A stretch of DNA of 62,618 nt, counting the filler, from Globobulimina sp. (Eukaryota), in NCBI GenBank assembly GCA_003354225.1. It is 21 parts of 21 records of this genome, joined end to end, with 100 filler letters (N's around TTAATTAATTAA, not from the genome) between each part and the next. Parts side by side here need not be neighbours in the genome. Positions count along the whole stretch, not along the records: positions 1 to 2,891 come from PIVH01004481.1; positions 2,992 to 5,881 come from PIVH01004482.1; positions 5,982 to 8,871 come from PIVH01004483.1; positions 8,972 to 11,860 come from PIVH01004484.1; 17 more parts are not named here. One strand, written 5' to 3'. Under the pieces are notes generated by a model that had not been told where the DNA came from, did not search any database, and worked only from the letters and a program-made list of their open reading frames with translations. The position numbers were made by a program, and so were the translations under genes. Below, piece after piece: positions 1-11,410 of this stretch (the first letter of the stretch is position 1; every line of letters begins with the position of its first letter).

Positions 1-145
1 AGATTGCATTTGTAATTCGCTGAGTGCCATGACGAAAGCAAAATGTTATGTTTCTAAATGACAAAAGTTTTTTTTTCTTCAATTATAAAAGCGTTCATTG
101 AAGTAATGAACTAAAAGCAAAAACCCTATAGCAATAGAATAGAAA

Positions 146-712
146 ATGAGTGATAGCGCTGCTGAAAAGGTTGAAAAACAGAACAAAGCAGCCACAAAAA
201 GTGGTTATAAATTTGGTGATTTCAGCAAGGCCGCATATAAGAAAGCTGCAAATTATAAATTTGGTGATATTACAAGGAGTATATTTAACAGCAACAAAAA
301 AGTAAGAAAACAAGCAATTGCCAGTAAAAAAAGGAAAACATTGTATAAAGCAGATGAAAGATTTGATGATAATGAATTCATCGAACCACCTGCAAAAAAA
401 ATGAAAATTGTAACAAATGAATCCTACGATAAAGTGATTATAAATACAAATAATGTACAGTCATTTTCAAAAAATAAATTGAAAAAAGTGGATACTGAAA
501 CAAAAGAAACAAAACCAAAACCACGTAATTTATTAGCTGAAATACAGACATTTTCTAGAAAGAAATTGAAGAAAAAAGCTGAAACAAAAGAAGCGAAACC
601 ACAAACTGTTCAAAACGAATTACATAGCAAAATCAAGAAATTTAGGCGGTTTGTTCACGATGATAATGATAATAAAAGTAATGATGATGATAATAGTGAT
701 TGGGATGATTAA
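146..712 (+). CDS. Basic protein with beta-thymosin/WH2-like actin-binding repeats
   Basis: Complete 188-aa ORF. VQSFSKNKLKKVDTETKE and LLAEIQTFSRKKLKKKAETKE resemble the thymosin F-x-K-x-KLKK-x-ET motif. Two N-terminal YKFGD repeats. Confidence 0.6.
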   Translation: MSDSAAEKVEKQNKAATKSGYKFGDFSKAAYKKAANYKFGDITRSIFNSNKKVRKQAIASKKRKTLYKADERFDDNEFIEPPAKKMKIVTNESYDKVIINTNNVQSFSKNKLKKVDTETKETKPKPRNLLAEIQTFSRKKLKKKAETKEAKPQTVQNELHSKIKKFRRFVHDDNDNKSNDDDNSDWDD

Positions 713-1046
713 TATGAGGAAAGTGAGTATATATAAATATAATTTAGAATAGCTAGCAATCATTTTCTTTTCTTTTTGTAATATACCATTAATTATTTTG
801 TATTCTATTAAAACTATCGTCAATAAATATGGTGTCATGAACAAATCACTGTGCTAATAAAATCAATAAGGCTCTGAGTAATCCCACACTATGGACAAAC
901 ATTCAACTTAGCGTTAATATTGATTTCTGTTTTGCAAATTTCACTGCGGACTGTGTCAGTAGTAGTAGTGGGTCAAAGTTTTTTGCTTTTTTCCTTGCTG
1001 AAAATGCATGAAATATAATACACGAAGATGTCAAATTATTATATAG

Positions 1047-2891
1047 TTAATAACCAGCTGCTCTGTGTTGAATTTCTGGATTCTGTTCACATATTTCGAA
1101 AAGAGGCTCATTTCTTTGTGCAGATTCAAACAAATGTTGTTGTTTTTTTTGATGATAATAATTATCAATTGCATGTAACCGTAAATATCGTGCTTCATTT
1201 TCATTTAATATTTGTTGATAAATTGTAATCGGAATATTTTCTTTCATTTCAATTTCTTTATCATAATCACGACAAATTTGTTTTATTTTTCTTTTGCACA
1301 AAGGACATTTCGGGGAATTATTATTCTGATCCTCATCCTCATTCTCATTCTCATTGCGGTTATATTTATAATCCTCACTATAAGTAATCTTTAATTTTCT
1401 CATTTCATTCCATTGTTCAATACATAGTTTGCAAAAAGTATGCTTACATTCATTATTACCAACGGATGATGGCTTAATTTGCAAATCGCAACAAATCGCA
1501 CATTTTTTATTTTCTGTTATTGCTTCGTTATATGGTATTTTACAATCAATGTAGTTAAAAAACATGTTTTTCTGTAATTCTCCCGCAAAATCCGCAGATG
1601 GTCCAATTTCTATTGTTTCTCCGTTTGATTCTTGTAAGAAACAAGCACCACAGCCAATATTTAACCATCTGAATATTTTATCCGATGCTAATTCTTTATT
1701 ATGCACAATATTAATAATATTATCCTGCAAATGACGCAGTACAATTTTAACGTGATCCATAAATATCTTTTCTTGCTCATGAGAGACCGGCTTAGTTTCA
1801 TCAAATATGTACACATTTCCTTTATATAAAAACGATATTCTCCGTTCAGAAATGGCTTCGTAATGCGGCGGAATTATTTCACACTCTTCGTCTAAGAATA
1901 ATTTATTCAAATTAATAGAGGATGGAACCAGAATGATATCATATTTTCGATTAAATTTTAATAAAGTTGACAATGAATTGATTACACTCAGATATCGTTG
2001 TGGATCATCACCAAATATATCTTTTGAATGATTTGATTGATTGAATGTTTCCATCCATTCAGTCCATAATAACGATAACATATTTTTCGGATAAAATTGT
2101 GCGTCATAGGCGACCCGATATAAATGAATCGCATCTGTTACATCTTGGAAAATATTCGAGCCGATAATGATTGATTGCAATGGATTATATGTCACGATTA
2201 ATGTATTTAAATCATCTGTGTTTTCCGTTTTGTTATCCTTAGTGTCCAAATCTTCATATTCTGGATCATATTTATTGTCCTCCGCTCCCTCATACTCCTG
2301 CTGCTGCTCTGTATGATCAATATATTGCTTATATTGTTCAATATATTGTTGCAAATATTTTGCATTTCGTGTGACTTGAACAGATTGAATAACATTATTT
2401 ATTTTTTTACGATTCTTGTTGTTTGCAGCAAATTGTTGGACAAAGGCCTGGAATTTTTTATATATTTTATTTGCGTTTATATCATTTGTTTCTTCCTTTT
2501 CTTTTCGCAGTTGATTTTGTAACTTGTTTATTAATATCATGTTACATAAATCATATTGATTAAAAATATTGAATTCATGAAAACGGGCTAATAATTTGTG
2601 ATCGTTTTGGCTGCATTTTGGTATAAAAGTTGTTGTAAAAATATCTTGAATGGAAACCATATCCAAAACAACATTGCATAATAAAAAATCCATAGTGAGA
2701 AAACATTTGAATGTTGAGGTGGTAACGATATTAAAATCATTATTTATTACTTTTATTTTTTCATCATCATCGCTGTCAATTTGAGCCAGTTTAAATAGAT
2801 TATCCGGATCAGAATCGTCTGCATTATCTACATCATTTTCCCAGTTATTATCATTCTGCGCAGGTTGTTCATTCTCAGCAGATACCAATTC
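1047..2891 (-). CDS. RING-HC (C3HC4) finger protein, 5' partial
   Basis: Long ORF open to the contig edge; CAIC...CKHTFCKLC...CPLC near the C-terminus. Confidence 0.8.
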   Translation of the reverse strand, partial: ELVSAENEQPAQNDNNWENDVDNADDSDPDNLFKLAQIDSDDDEKIKVINNDFNIVTTSTFKCFLTMDFLLCNVVLDMVSIQDIFTTTFIPKCSQNDHKLLARFHEFNIFNQYDLCNMILINKLQNQLRKEKEETNDINANKIYKKFQAFVQQFAANNKNRKKINNVIQSVQVTRNAKYLQQYIEQYKQYIDHTEQQQEYEGAEDNKYDPEYEDLDTKDNKTENTDDLNTLIVTYNPLQSIIIGSNIFQDVTDAIHLYRVAYDAQFYPKNMLSLLWTEWMETFNQSNHSKDIFGDDPQRYLSVINSLSTLLKFNRKYDIILVPSSINLNKLFLDEECEIIPPHYEAISERRISFLYKGNVYIFDETKPVSHEQEKIFMDHVKIVLRHLQDNIINIVHNKELASDKIFRWLNIGCGACFLQESNGETIEIGPSADFAGELQKNMFFNYIDCKIPYNEAITENKKCAICCDLQIKPSSVGNNECKHTFCKLCIEQWNEMRKLKITYSEDYKYNRNENENEDEDQNNNSPKCPLCKRKIKQICRDYDKEIEMKENIPITIYQQILNENEARYLRLHAIDNYYHQKKQQHLFESAQRNEPLFEICEQNPEIQHRAAGY

Positions 2892-2991
2892 NNNNNNNNN
2901 NNNNNNNNNNNNNNNNNNNNNNNNNNNNNNNNNNNTTAATTAATTAANNNNNNNNNNNNNNNNNNNNNNNNNNNNNNNNNNNNNNNNNNNN
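2892..2991. other. Artificial contig linker (N44-TTAATTAATTAA-N44), first of 20
   Basis: Identical 100-bp spacers with stops in all six frames start at 2892, 5882, 8872, 11861, 14850, 17839, 20826, 23813, 26799, 29785, 32771, 35757, 38743, 41728, 44713, 47698, 50683, 53667, 56651 and 59635. Intervening contig lengths never increase (2891 down to 2884 bp). Confidence 0.99.
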
Positions 2992-3547
2992 CAAAGTGGC
3001 GGAGGCTACGCTGTATTCACAGAATAAGTTTGAGAAATATTGTGTTGGATATCCATTTATGGGCTGTACTGTATTTGCCTTATTTGTAACGGTGCCATTG
3101 TATCTTTTATCGCGTTTTGTTACTTTGTTTTATCCATTCATTGGATTCATTTCTTCGCTAAACAGTTTTGATCAAAGTAATGTATTCCAAGTAATATATC
3201 TGCGGTTTCAAGCAATATATTCCATCTCTTATACCTTGTTGGTGTTGATTATCATATTCTTGTTTGTTAAGTATGCTCTGCCGATGGAATATGCTTTGTA
3301 TCACTTTGTTTGTTTAGAATTGGAAGTTAAATTAAAGCATTTTCCAGATATCTGTGGCGATATAATCGACGAAATGGAGTTTCAATATGAGCAAATACTT
3401 GGGAAACATAGCAGAGATGTGATTATTCAACAAATATTTGGCGATAATTTGGCTTTTTTGATACTATCGTATTGTTCAAATCGTCACGATCTGTTTAAAA
3501 CAGATGATCATGAAATCATAGTCGAATACTCTGAGGCATTATGCTGA
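2992..3547 (+). CDS. Hypothetical membrane protein, C-terminal part
   Basis: ORF from the contig edge with 2-3 hydrophobic helices; C-terminal IFGDNLAFLILSY resembles FFGSLSVTIMEY of the 46918-47697 protein. Confidence 0.55.
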
Positions 3548-3790
3548 TCCCGTTGGTTTCGTGTGTTATTGTGATGTGTTTTGAGTTTTCGCTTATTTGC
3601 CCTTGTTATTATATATACAAATTACGCCATCAAATTGAACGCGTCATATGATGGACAGGTTCATAAAAACAACACCGTCAAAGTACGAGCATATAAAGGG
3701 AGCAACATTATCGTCTCGCATCAGCATATTTTTTTTTAGAAGACGGAGGAAATAAGTTTGTTTGCTTAAATTAATGTTAACTTTTTGCAA

Positions 3791-3960
3791 TTTCTGGGTA
3801 GTTCATCGGAGGGTCATTCGTGGTTCTCTGGGACTCACCGGTTCTTTTGAGATGCTTGAACATATATTTCTCTCGGGCACAAATTTTGGTCGAGCCTCTA
3901 TGGGACGGTTGCTCCGAGTTAAAAACGTTCTTTGTGCACAAAATGCACATAACCCAGAAA
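3791..3960 (+). ncRNA. Candidate structured non-coding element (unassigned)
   Basis: GC-enriched island in AT-rich intergenic DNA. Nested complementarity: TTTCTGGGT/ACCCAGAAA, TCGGAG/CTCCGA, and hairpin GTGCA-CAAAA-TGCAC. Confidence 0.3.
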
Positions 3961-4089
3961 ATAAATACGAAAAAAGAGAAAATAAGTAGAAGAAAAAAAA
4001 GAAAAAATAACTCATAAATAATAAATAATACACTACATTGACTACAAATATAAAATTAAAATAATTCATAAAATATGATATTATACTTA

Positions 4090-5881
4090 TTATACTTGAG
4101 CATGTACATCTTGCTCATCATTATATTGTTTATTTGCTTTGTTTTTCTGATACAAACATAAACACAAAATCACATTGGACACCACCATACAAATTACGAT
4201 ACCCCACAAATGCTCAAATGCTTTTTTGCTTAAACTAAACACCAATTTATAATCCTCTCCATCCTCTCCATCCTCTCCAACAATCCGGTTATCCGTTTCC
4301 CCAAATAATGCATTCGCTGCGTCAAACGAATCAGAGTCTGAACTAACAACACCATCCGAATCCGATGCACAATTCTGTGGCAATAAAAACGCAAAACACG
4401 GCAATCCATCAATGTCACACTCAAACGCGGACTCTGTGTTATTATTGGTTTCATTTCCTAAAACCACACCTTTTGACATACCAATCGCACTCAAATCAAT
4501 TGCAAGGTCCTCCAAATCAATACCAATATCACCACTGTCACTGTCACTGGACACGCCATCCCCCGACATATTCACCGATAAAATAATATTTTGTAAACAC
4601 AACGTAAACCACGTCGCATTCACCGACTGTAATTCCACCAAAATGCCTAATTCGCCATCAATTTCTGCACCAACCGCCTGTGCCACATTGTTTCCCGCAG
4701 AAAATGTATCCGCTGCTATCATACTATCAATATCATCCACAGCCACATCCACAGCAATAGCACTATCACACAATAATAAAAATAACGATTCAATCTCTAC
4801 ACAATCGGGCACGCTGCCATTAATCGTATATGTTATACAGGTCTCGACCAACATATCCATCAAAAAAATATTCCCACCACTCTCTCCACTCTCACTCTCA
4901 CTGTCACTGTCACTGTCACTCTCGGCGGTGTCTAATAACCTCCTCCGCCTTCGCGCATCATCAGAATCGGAAGAATCGGAAGAAACTGCATAACCGCATT
5001 CATTTATAGTCCAATACCCACTTAAACTCGAAGCAGAATCCGATCCAGACCCGGAACCACCAAATGCGACACAAGTAACACCGCCACCTTCTGCGCTGTC
5101 ACTGTCCGCACTGTCCGAAGCAGAAATGGCCGCAGTCATAGGACAGGTTTGCGGCGTAACATTTAATGAGTCCACAACAATGGCAAACGCACACTCATCG
5201 CATGGGGTACACGCATCACCCACACCATCGCCATCTGAATCCGCCTGGTCCGGATTATAAACATGCGGGCAATTATCGCATACATCACCCACACCATCGC
5301 CATCCACGTCGCTTTGATCTGCATTCTTAACAAAGGGACAATTGTCACATTCATCGCCTATTTGATCACTATCAGTATTTAATTGCACTGGATTTGATAT
5401 CAATGGACAATTATCACACGCATCACCATGGCCATCACCGTCGGTATCATTTTGGTCTGGATTTGCAATTCCATAGCAATTATCACAGCCGAAGGTTTGT
5501 CCGATATACGCATCGAAATAAAAGTCACCGACACCATCACCATCCGTATCGGTTTGATAGAAATTATAATCTTGTGGACAATTGTCGACAGTATTATTAT
5601 GAAGATCAGAATCAACATCGGCGTCGTTTTCATTGTCTATGCCATCACCATCAATATCTGGATCGCAGACATCGCCAATTCCATCTGCATCTCTATCAAG
5701 TTGGGCTGGATTGGAAACATCCGGACACTGCGGGATTGTTTACATGGTGTTTGTTTTTGTGTTTTGTATTTTGTATTTTTGTTTGTGTATATTATCGGAT
5801 AATGTATATATATTTTATAATTATCATACGTTATCGAGTGAATCTGGTACACCGTCACCATCAGTGTCTGGACCATAATAA
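4090..5881 (-). CDS. Thrombospondin type-3 (Ca-binding) repeat cell-surface protein with C-terminal TM helix, 5' partial
   Basis: Repeated DNCP..N.DQ.D.DGDGVGD.CD units. A GT-AG intron at 5829-5728 joins DGVPDSLDN to CPDVSNPAQ. Ser/Asp-rich tracts, RRRRRLL site, and TM helix [20 protein letters not shown]. Confidence 0.88.
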
Positions 5882-5981
5882 NNNNNNNNNNNNNNNNNNN
5901 NNNNNNNNNNNNNNNNNNNNNNNNNTTAATTAATTAANNNNNNNNNNNNNNNNNNNNNNNNNNNNNNNNNNNNNNNNNNNN

Positions 5982-6253
5982 ATTAAGAAATATGATGTTC
6001 AAATTATTAGCCAAATATCAATTTGTTGTTAAAGTACCGCATCCAAACTACGACGCCTCAGTTAATTAATTAACCCATAATATAAACAAAATAAATAATT
6101 TCCAAGAAAGCACTCAGAACACACACATACAAATAATACCATATAAAACAGAAAAAGACAGCGGAAAGTAATGGCTGGATACCACATGACGCCATCAAAC
6201 CAAAAAGAGAATCCTTAAAAGCAGTATTTGTGGGTTCAGTGGGTTGCAATGAA
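5982..6253 (+). repeat. Diverged direct duplicate of 6624-6891 (exon-intron-exon piece of the downstream gene)
   Basis: Near-identical sequence from attaagaaatatgatg to gggttgcaatgaa in both places, with scattered substitutions and indels. Confidence 0.92.
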
Positions 6254-6342
6254 ATAAATAACAACGGATTCGCAATTAATTCATTCATAAGTTAATTACA
6301 AAACTCTTTACTACTTTGGTTAAAAGTAAAAAGAAAATACAA

Positions 6343-8871
6343 ATGTCTACAATGCAGAACAAAACAAAATCAGTACATTTTGCCTCTCAAGAGACTAAAC
6401 ATACAATTCCATCATTATCAGCGCCCAAAACAAGAATATTAACAATTGAGGATGAAACACAGAGTCCATCAACCTTAGAAATACCAGAGAAGTCAATGAG
6501 ACAATTAACTGATTCTTCAAACTTAAGAACTGGTAAACAACTAAAGAAATTAGCAAAAGATGGTGTTATATTTTTAAGAGCATCAAAAAACAACAGCAAT
6601 GAACAACGATTAAATGCATTATCATTAAGAAATATGATGTTTAAATTATTAGCCAAATATCAATTTGTTGTTAAAGTACCGCATCCAAACTACGACGCCT
6701 CAGTTAAGCCATAATATAAACAAAATATATAAATAATTTCCAAGAAACTACTCAGAACACACATGTACAAATAATCCCATATAAAACAGAAAAAGACCGC
6801 GGAAAGTAATGGATGGATACCAAATGACGCCATCAAACCAAAAAGAGAATCCTTAAAAGCAGTATTTGTGGGTTCAGTGGGTTGCAATGAACCAAAATGG
6901 CGATCATTTTGGGAGTGGAATGAAAATGAAAATAATACCAACAGTTCGCAACAAAACCCAACATCCACGTCCATTGCACCTGAATCACAGTCTAGTTTAC
7001 TTTCGCCACCACACCTTTTATCTGGACCACATAATGTATGTTCATAATAACACACCGCCTCAACACACCATTTGTGTATATACAGAACAGCGAACCTCGT
7101 TTTTCAGAGTTAAGCGACGCGGAGAAAAAAATGATCTACGATTGGGCGGTAAACCTGGATCAAACCGTATTCATTAAAAACAAAATCAGCCAAATATTCA
7201 ATAACTACGCACTGACCGACAACACTTTGGATTGGAATATATCCATTGTCAATCCATTATGGTTCAGAATACAAAACATTGGCAGTATATTACACACAGA
7301 CATTCCATACATATTCGGCCATACTAATTTATTAAAAAAAATCTCGGGACAAAAACTATTAATCTCCGGCATTGATATGGTTAATCAACAAACATTCATC
7401 GGGAAGAAATCCAAGATACTGAAGCAAAAACTGTCGCATAATGACAATAAATGTCCGCTATGCTCCTACCAATACAACGAAGGCGACAATGAAGCAAAAC
7501 AGCTGGAAATGGATGAGTTTGCTGACGACAATGACCGCAATAAACCGTATCACAATTTCTGTGAACATTGTTGCGATTCGCAGTATGGAATATATACCGT
7601 ATGGACTGCATTGGATTATTTTGATACGCCGTTTAATTCCGGTTCCATTGTGTTTGCGTTAGGGTCGCATAATAAATACAGTGGGCATTACACGACCTCA
7701 TTAAACAATGTATCCGTTCCCAGTGATTATAGTCAGAAATCGATGCGGGACAAACAAAGCGGTGTACGCTGGGCGTATATGAATGATATTAAACCGGGCG
7801 ATATGTTTATATTTAATGTGAAGACCTTGCATGCGGCGGGTGGCGCAAAGGACGGATATTTGAGGATGAGGATGGATACGAGAGTGGCGGTCAAGGTCTC
7901 GGATAAGAGATATCTGAAGGAATTGAATGAAATTAAAAGCGGCAGTCGTTTGGGTTTGAGTCAGTTACAATGCTTAAGCTCACAGCCTGTGAATGTATGT
8001 GACACTGATTCGTTGCCTACGAATGAGGAGAATGAGAATGAGAATGATAATGAGAGTGTGGAATTTAATACGAGTATGCCGGTCAAATCCAAGCATTTAA
8101 GTTTCGAGCAGGATAATTATAATATGGATGGTGAAGGTGTGGGAGAAGAAGGAAGTGCGTTGAAACGGAGTGTGAGTGTCAATGATATGGAGAATATGGA
8201 GGGGGATAAGTTGAAAGTAATGGATAATAATAACATATCCGTGCAGGACCTACCCACGCAGGACAATGATAGTTTAGTTGCTTTTTTATGTGTTTTTTTT
8301 GTTATTTTTGTGCTATGAACCGAGTAAAGGTCCGGATTTAGTGATGAATGAAGAGAGGGAGAAGGAGAGTGTTGCAGAGAGAGCAAAGGCGTTGACACCT
8401 GATGATGTTATAGATGATGATAAAAATAATAAACTGATTCCGTCTCCGCCATCCATTAAAAGTAGGGATTCAATACCGACGCCACAAAGTGTACGATCTC
8501 TGGGCGCCCCAATACGACAAGAAATACATAATAATAATACAATGACTGTAGCAGAAACACAATATAATGATAAGGATAATGAATGGAGACAACAACGCAT
8601 TTTACCGTCAGAAACACAGATACAACAACATCAAATACCGCGGTTAGAAGATCAAACACAAATTTTTAACCGGAATAGCGATGATAATAATAATGATATA
8701 TTGATAACTCCGACAAAACGATTGTTTTCGGGTCTTGAAACAAAGGGTTTGTCGCAGGAAAAGGAGAAAGCAAATAATAAAAATAAGAATGATAATGAAC
8801 CAGCAAAGAAGAGACAGAAAATATCGAATTTTAGTACGCATGGTGTGTATGGCGGATATAATATGAATAAT
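6343..8871 (+). CDS. PhyH-like 2-oxoglutarate/Fe(II) dioxygenase domain protein, multi-exon, 3' partial
   Basis: LHTD (HxD), YTVWTALD, GSIVFALGSH, PGDMFIFNVKTLH (distal His) and RMRMDTR. Probable introns at about 6703-6795, 7035-7085 and 8272-8328. Disordered C-terminal tail. Confidence 0.75.
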
Positions 8872-8971
8872 NNNNNNNNNNNNNNNNNNNNNNNNNNNNN
8901 NNNNNNNNNNNNNNNTTAATTAATTAANNNNNNNNNNNNNNNNNNNNNNNNNNNNNNNNNNNNNNNNNNNN

Positions 8972-9292
8972 ATTGGTATTGGTTTAGCAAATTGGAACTA
9001 TGCTAATGTTAAAATGCCACATTTATTTCAAAATGAAGAAGATGATGAATTAAAAGATTTAATTGTTGTGAGTGGAGCATGTGGCTATTATCATACGCTA
9101 TTATTGACAAAGAATAATGAAATTTATGCATTTGGCAGTAATAAACATCATGCAATCTCGGAAAGTCATATTGAAGAGGAAATGGTTTGCCCATATTGGT
9201 TAACAAAGAAAGAAATTGGAATGCAAGATAATGAAATAATTGTTAGAGTTATCGGTGGTGATCAAACAACAGTAATAATAACTCATTCATAA
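8972..9292 (+). CDS. RCC1-repeat protein, C-terminal fragment
   Basis: ACGYYHTLLLTKNNEIYAFGSN and VIGGDQTTVII are RCC1 blade motifs. Confidence 0.75.
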   Translation: MGIGLANWNYANVKMPHLFQNEEDDELKDLIVVSGACGYYHTLLLTKNNEIYAFGSNKHHAISESHIEEEMVCPYWLTKKEIGMQDNEIIVRVIGGDQTTVIITHS

Positions 9293-9327
9293 CTAACTTT
9301 TTTTTCAAACAAATATCAAAATTAAGA

Positions 9328-10310
9328 ATGTCGTTAACGAAACCTGTGATGAAACTGCTACGGTAAGTATTCTCAAATACATCCTCCTTTGAGCAGCATG
9401 TTAAGCATCCAAACAAATCCAAATAAGCACCAAACGACAATTAGACATTTTCAAACAATTACAAATCGAAGAATATCTATTCCAAGCAACGCAATCTTCT
9501 TTTTGCATATTGAATTATGGCTCTCCTCTACAAGCAGTGGTAATGGGCTCTTACAACGATCCAAAATCATTACTCAACATAGAGAACATCATTGAGTTAA
9601 TAAGATAATAAATTAACCCACAAAGGCATGCATGATTGTTTTCAAACACATATAGGGATAATATTACTGTGATTCGTCGCTTTTCCGGTGGAGGCACAGT
9701 ATTCGTTGATCAGAATTCGTATTTTATGTCAATTATTACAAATGCTGCAGATATTGGTTTGCAACTATTCGCAGGAAAATATATTGGACCGAGAGAAATT
9801 ATGCATTGGAACAAGAATTTGTTATATCCTGTTTTCAATAACTTGAATGATACCGGTCTGGAATTTTGTATTTTGGAGCATGTTGATTATGTGTTATGTG
9901 ATAAAGATAATAGAATGAATCAAAAAAAGATTGCAGGAAACGCGCAAAAAATATCACGTGACAGATTCGATCATCACACAAGTTTTCTGTGGAAGTATAA
10001 TATTGATTCAATTAATAAGTATTTAGCTATTCCGCCAACAAAAAATCAGCCTCAATATAGAAACAATAGGAGTCACAAAGATTTCTTATTATGTTTGAAT
10101 GAGTTATTTAACGATGATATAAATATTTTGGAGAATAAGTTAGTAAATGAATTGCATAAAATGTTTGACATCAAAGAGATTGATTTGGAGGAAATATTGG
10201 AAATATCTGGAGATTTCCAGTCATCACAAACTGTAAACAATAAACAGATTAACCTTAAAACTAAAATCATAAATGATGAACTTAGAAACTTGCAAAACGA
10301 CCGTTCTTAA
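9328..10310 (+). CDS. Lipoate-protein ligase A family (BPL/LPL catalytic domain), with 5' introns
   Basis: IRRFSGGGTVFVD, KKIAGNAQ, HHTSFLW and YRNNRSHKDFL. Upstream exons MSLTKPVMKLLR|GTAAG and FKQLQIEEYLF...AVVMG. Confidence 0.88.
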
Positions 10311-10497
10311 TCTGAAGTTATTTAAACCCACCTTATATTAGGATAAGAAAACCTTATCATCACAACCAACATTTGAAAAACTTTATTTGACAGAAGTCCA
10401 ATCTATGACATCTCTGCAAACCAACAGAATATAATGGGGAATGAGTTAATTATTTGTGCATCAAATACAAATAAGACAACAAATTATATTAAATTAA

Positions 10498-11410
10498 TTG
10501 TTTGTGCAAATTCTATTAAAAAGACAACAAACAAATCTAGAATGCAGTACAAAATTTAGACGATTTTGGACCAAAAAACAACATAATTATGAAACTTTTA
10601 TCATCGCATTCAGTCAAAGTTATCATTCCAAGCTGTCAATAATAAACGACATCGAATCGTTGGATCAGAGACGTGTGATATTTGTAAGTTTAATTGGTTT
10701 ATTTCAAACATATAAGAATTGTCCAGCCCATATACTCCACAGTTCATTGTTTGTATTACCAATCAAAAAAGAGTGGCTGTATAATTTACCAAAATATATT
10801 AATAAAAATATACTTCCTTTGGACAATATCACCAAACTTAGCATTTTTAATTCAGGTTAGGTTTGTCAGTTTGTGTCGAAACAACTTGTACATTTTTATA
10901 TATTTTGCATATTTAAAAACATGTGCCTTAGCCGCAGAGACGAACAAATATATACAAATGCTGCAATGGAAAGACAAACAAGGATTGGTATTTTTTATGC
11001 TGGATAAATATGAGAATAATGAGATGTCTATGATTCATCCATTTTGGTCATATTTTTCAAATAAATTAAGCAAATCATATGATGCGGTGACTGGAAACAA
11101 ATACAATGCACTCAATTTGCAAGATAAATGGTGGGAGAATAGATGTGATAAACATGCATTTGTAAGCAAATACGGTGCGGATAAGATCTCAGTATTGAAT
11201 GAATTATATTTTTTAACAATGAAATTTAATGCAATGAAAGAGATTATATCTGCATCAAATCCCGGGTCATTAAATGTTGTTAGTTTTTATGGTGAAAATA
11301 ATGATCTTTTTAAGCAATGTTCTAGCTCGTTTTTTGACGATATTGAGATGGAACACGCGAAGGGAAATGGCAATGCATCATGGTACATATCTAGTGATTA
11401 TGAAATGTGA
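10498..11410 (+). CDS. Hypothetical protein, probably multi-exon
   Basis: Two overlapping ORFs joinable by a GT-AG intron at about 10856-10937; no motif recognised; start uncertain. Confidence 0.4.

Noticed and set aside
3760-3790. TGCTTAAATTAATG resembling the U12 snRNA 5' end
   Set aside because: The following branch-point-pairing sequence (GAGTAAGGAAAA) is absent.
4412-4993. 193-aa plus-strand ORF and similar antisense ORFs (for example 34864-35316, 44117-44623)
   Set aside because: Shadows of well-supported genes on the opposite strand.
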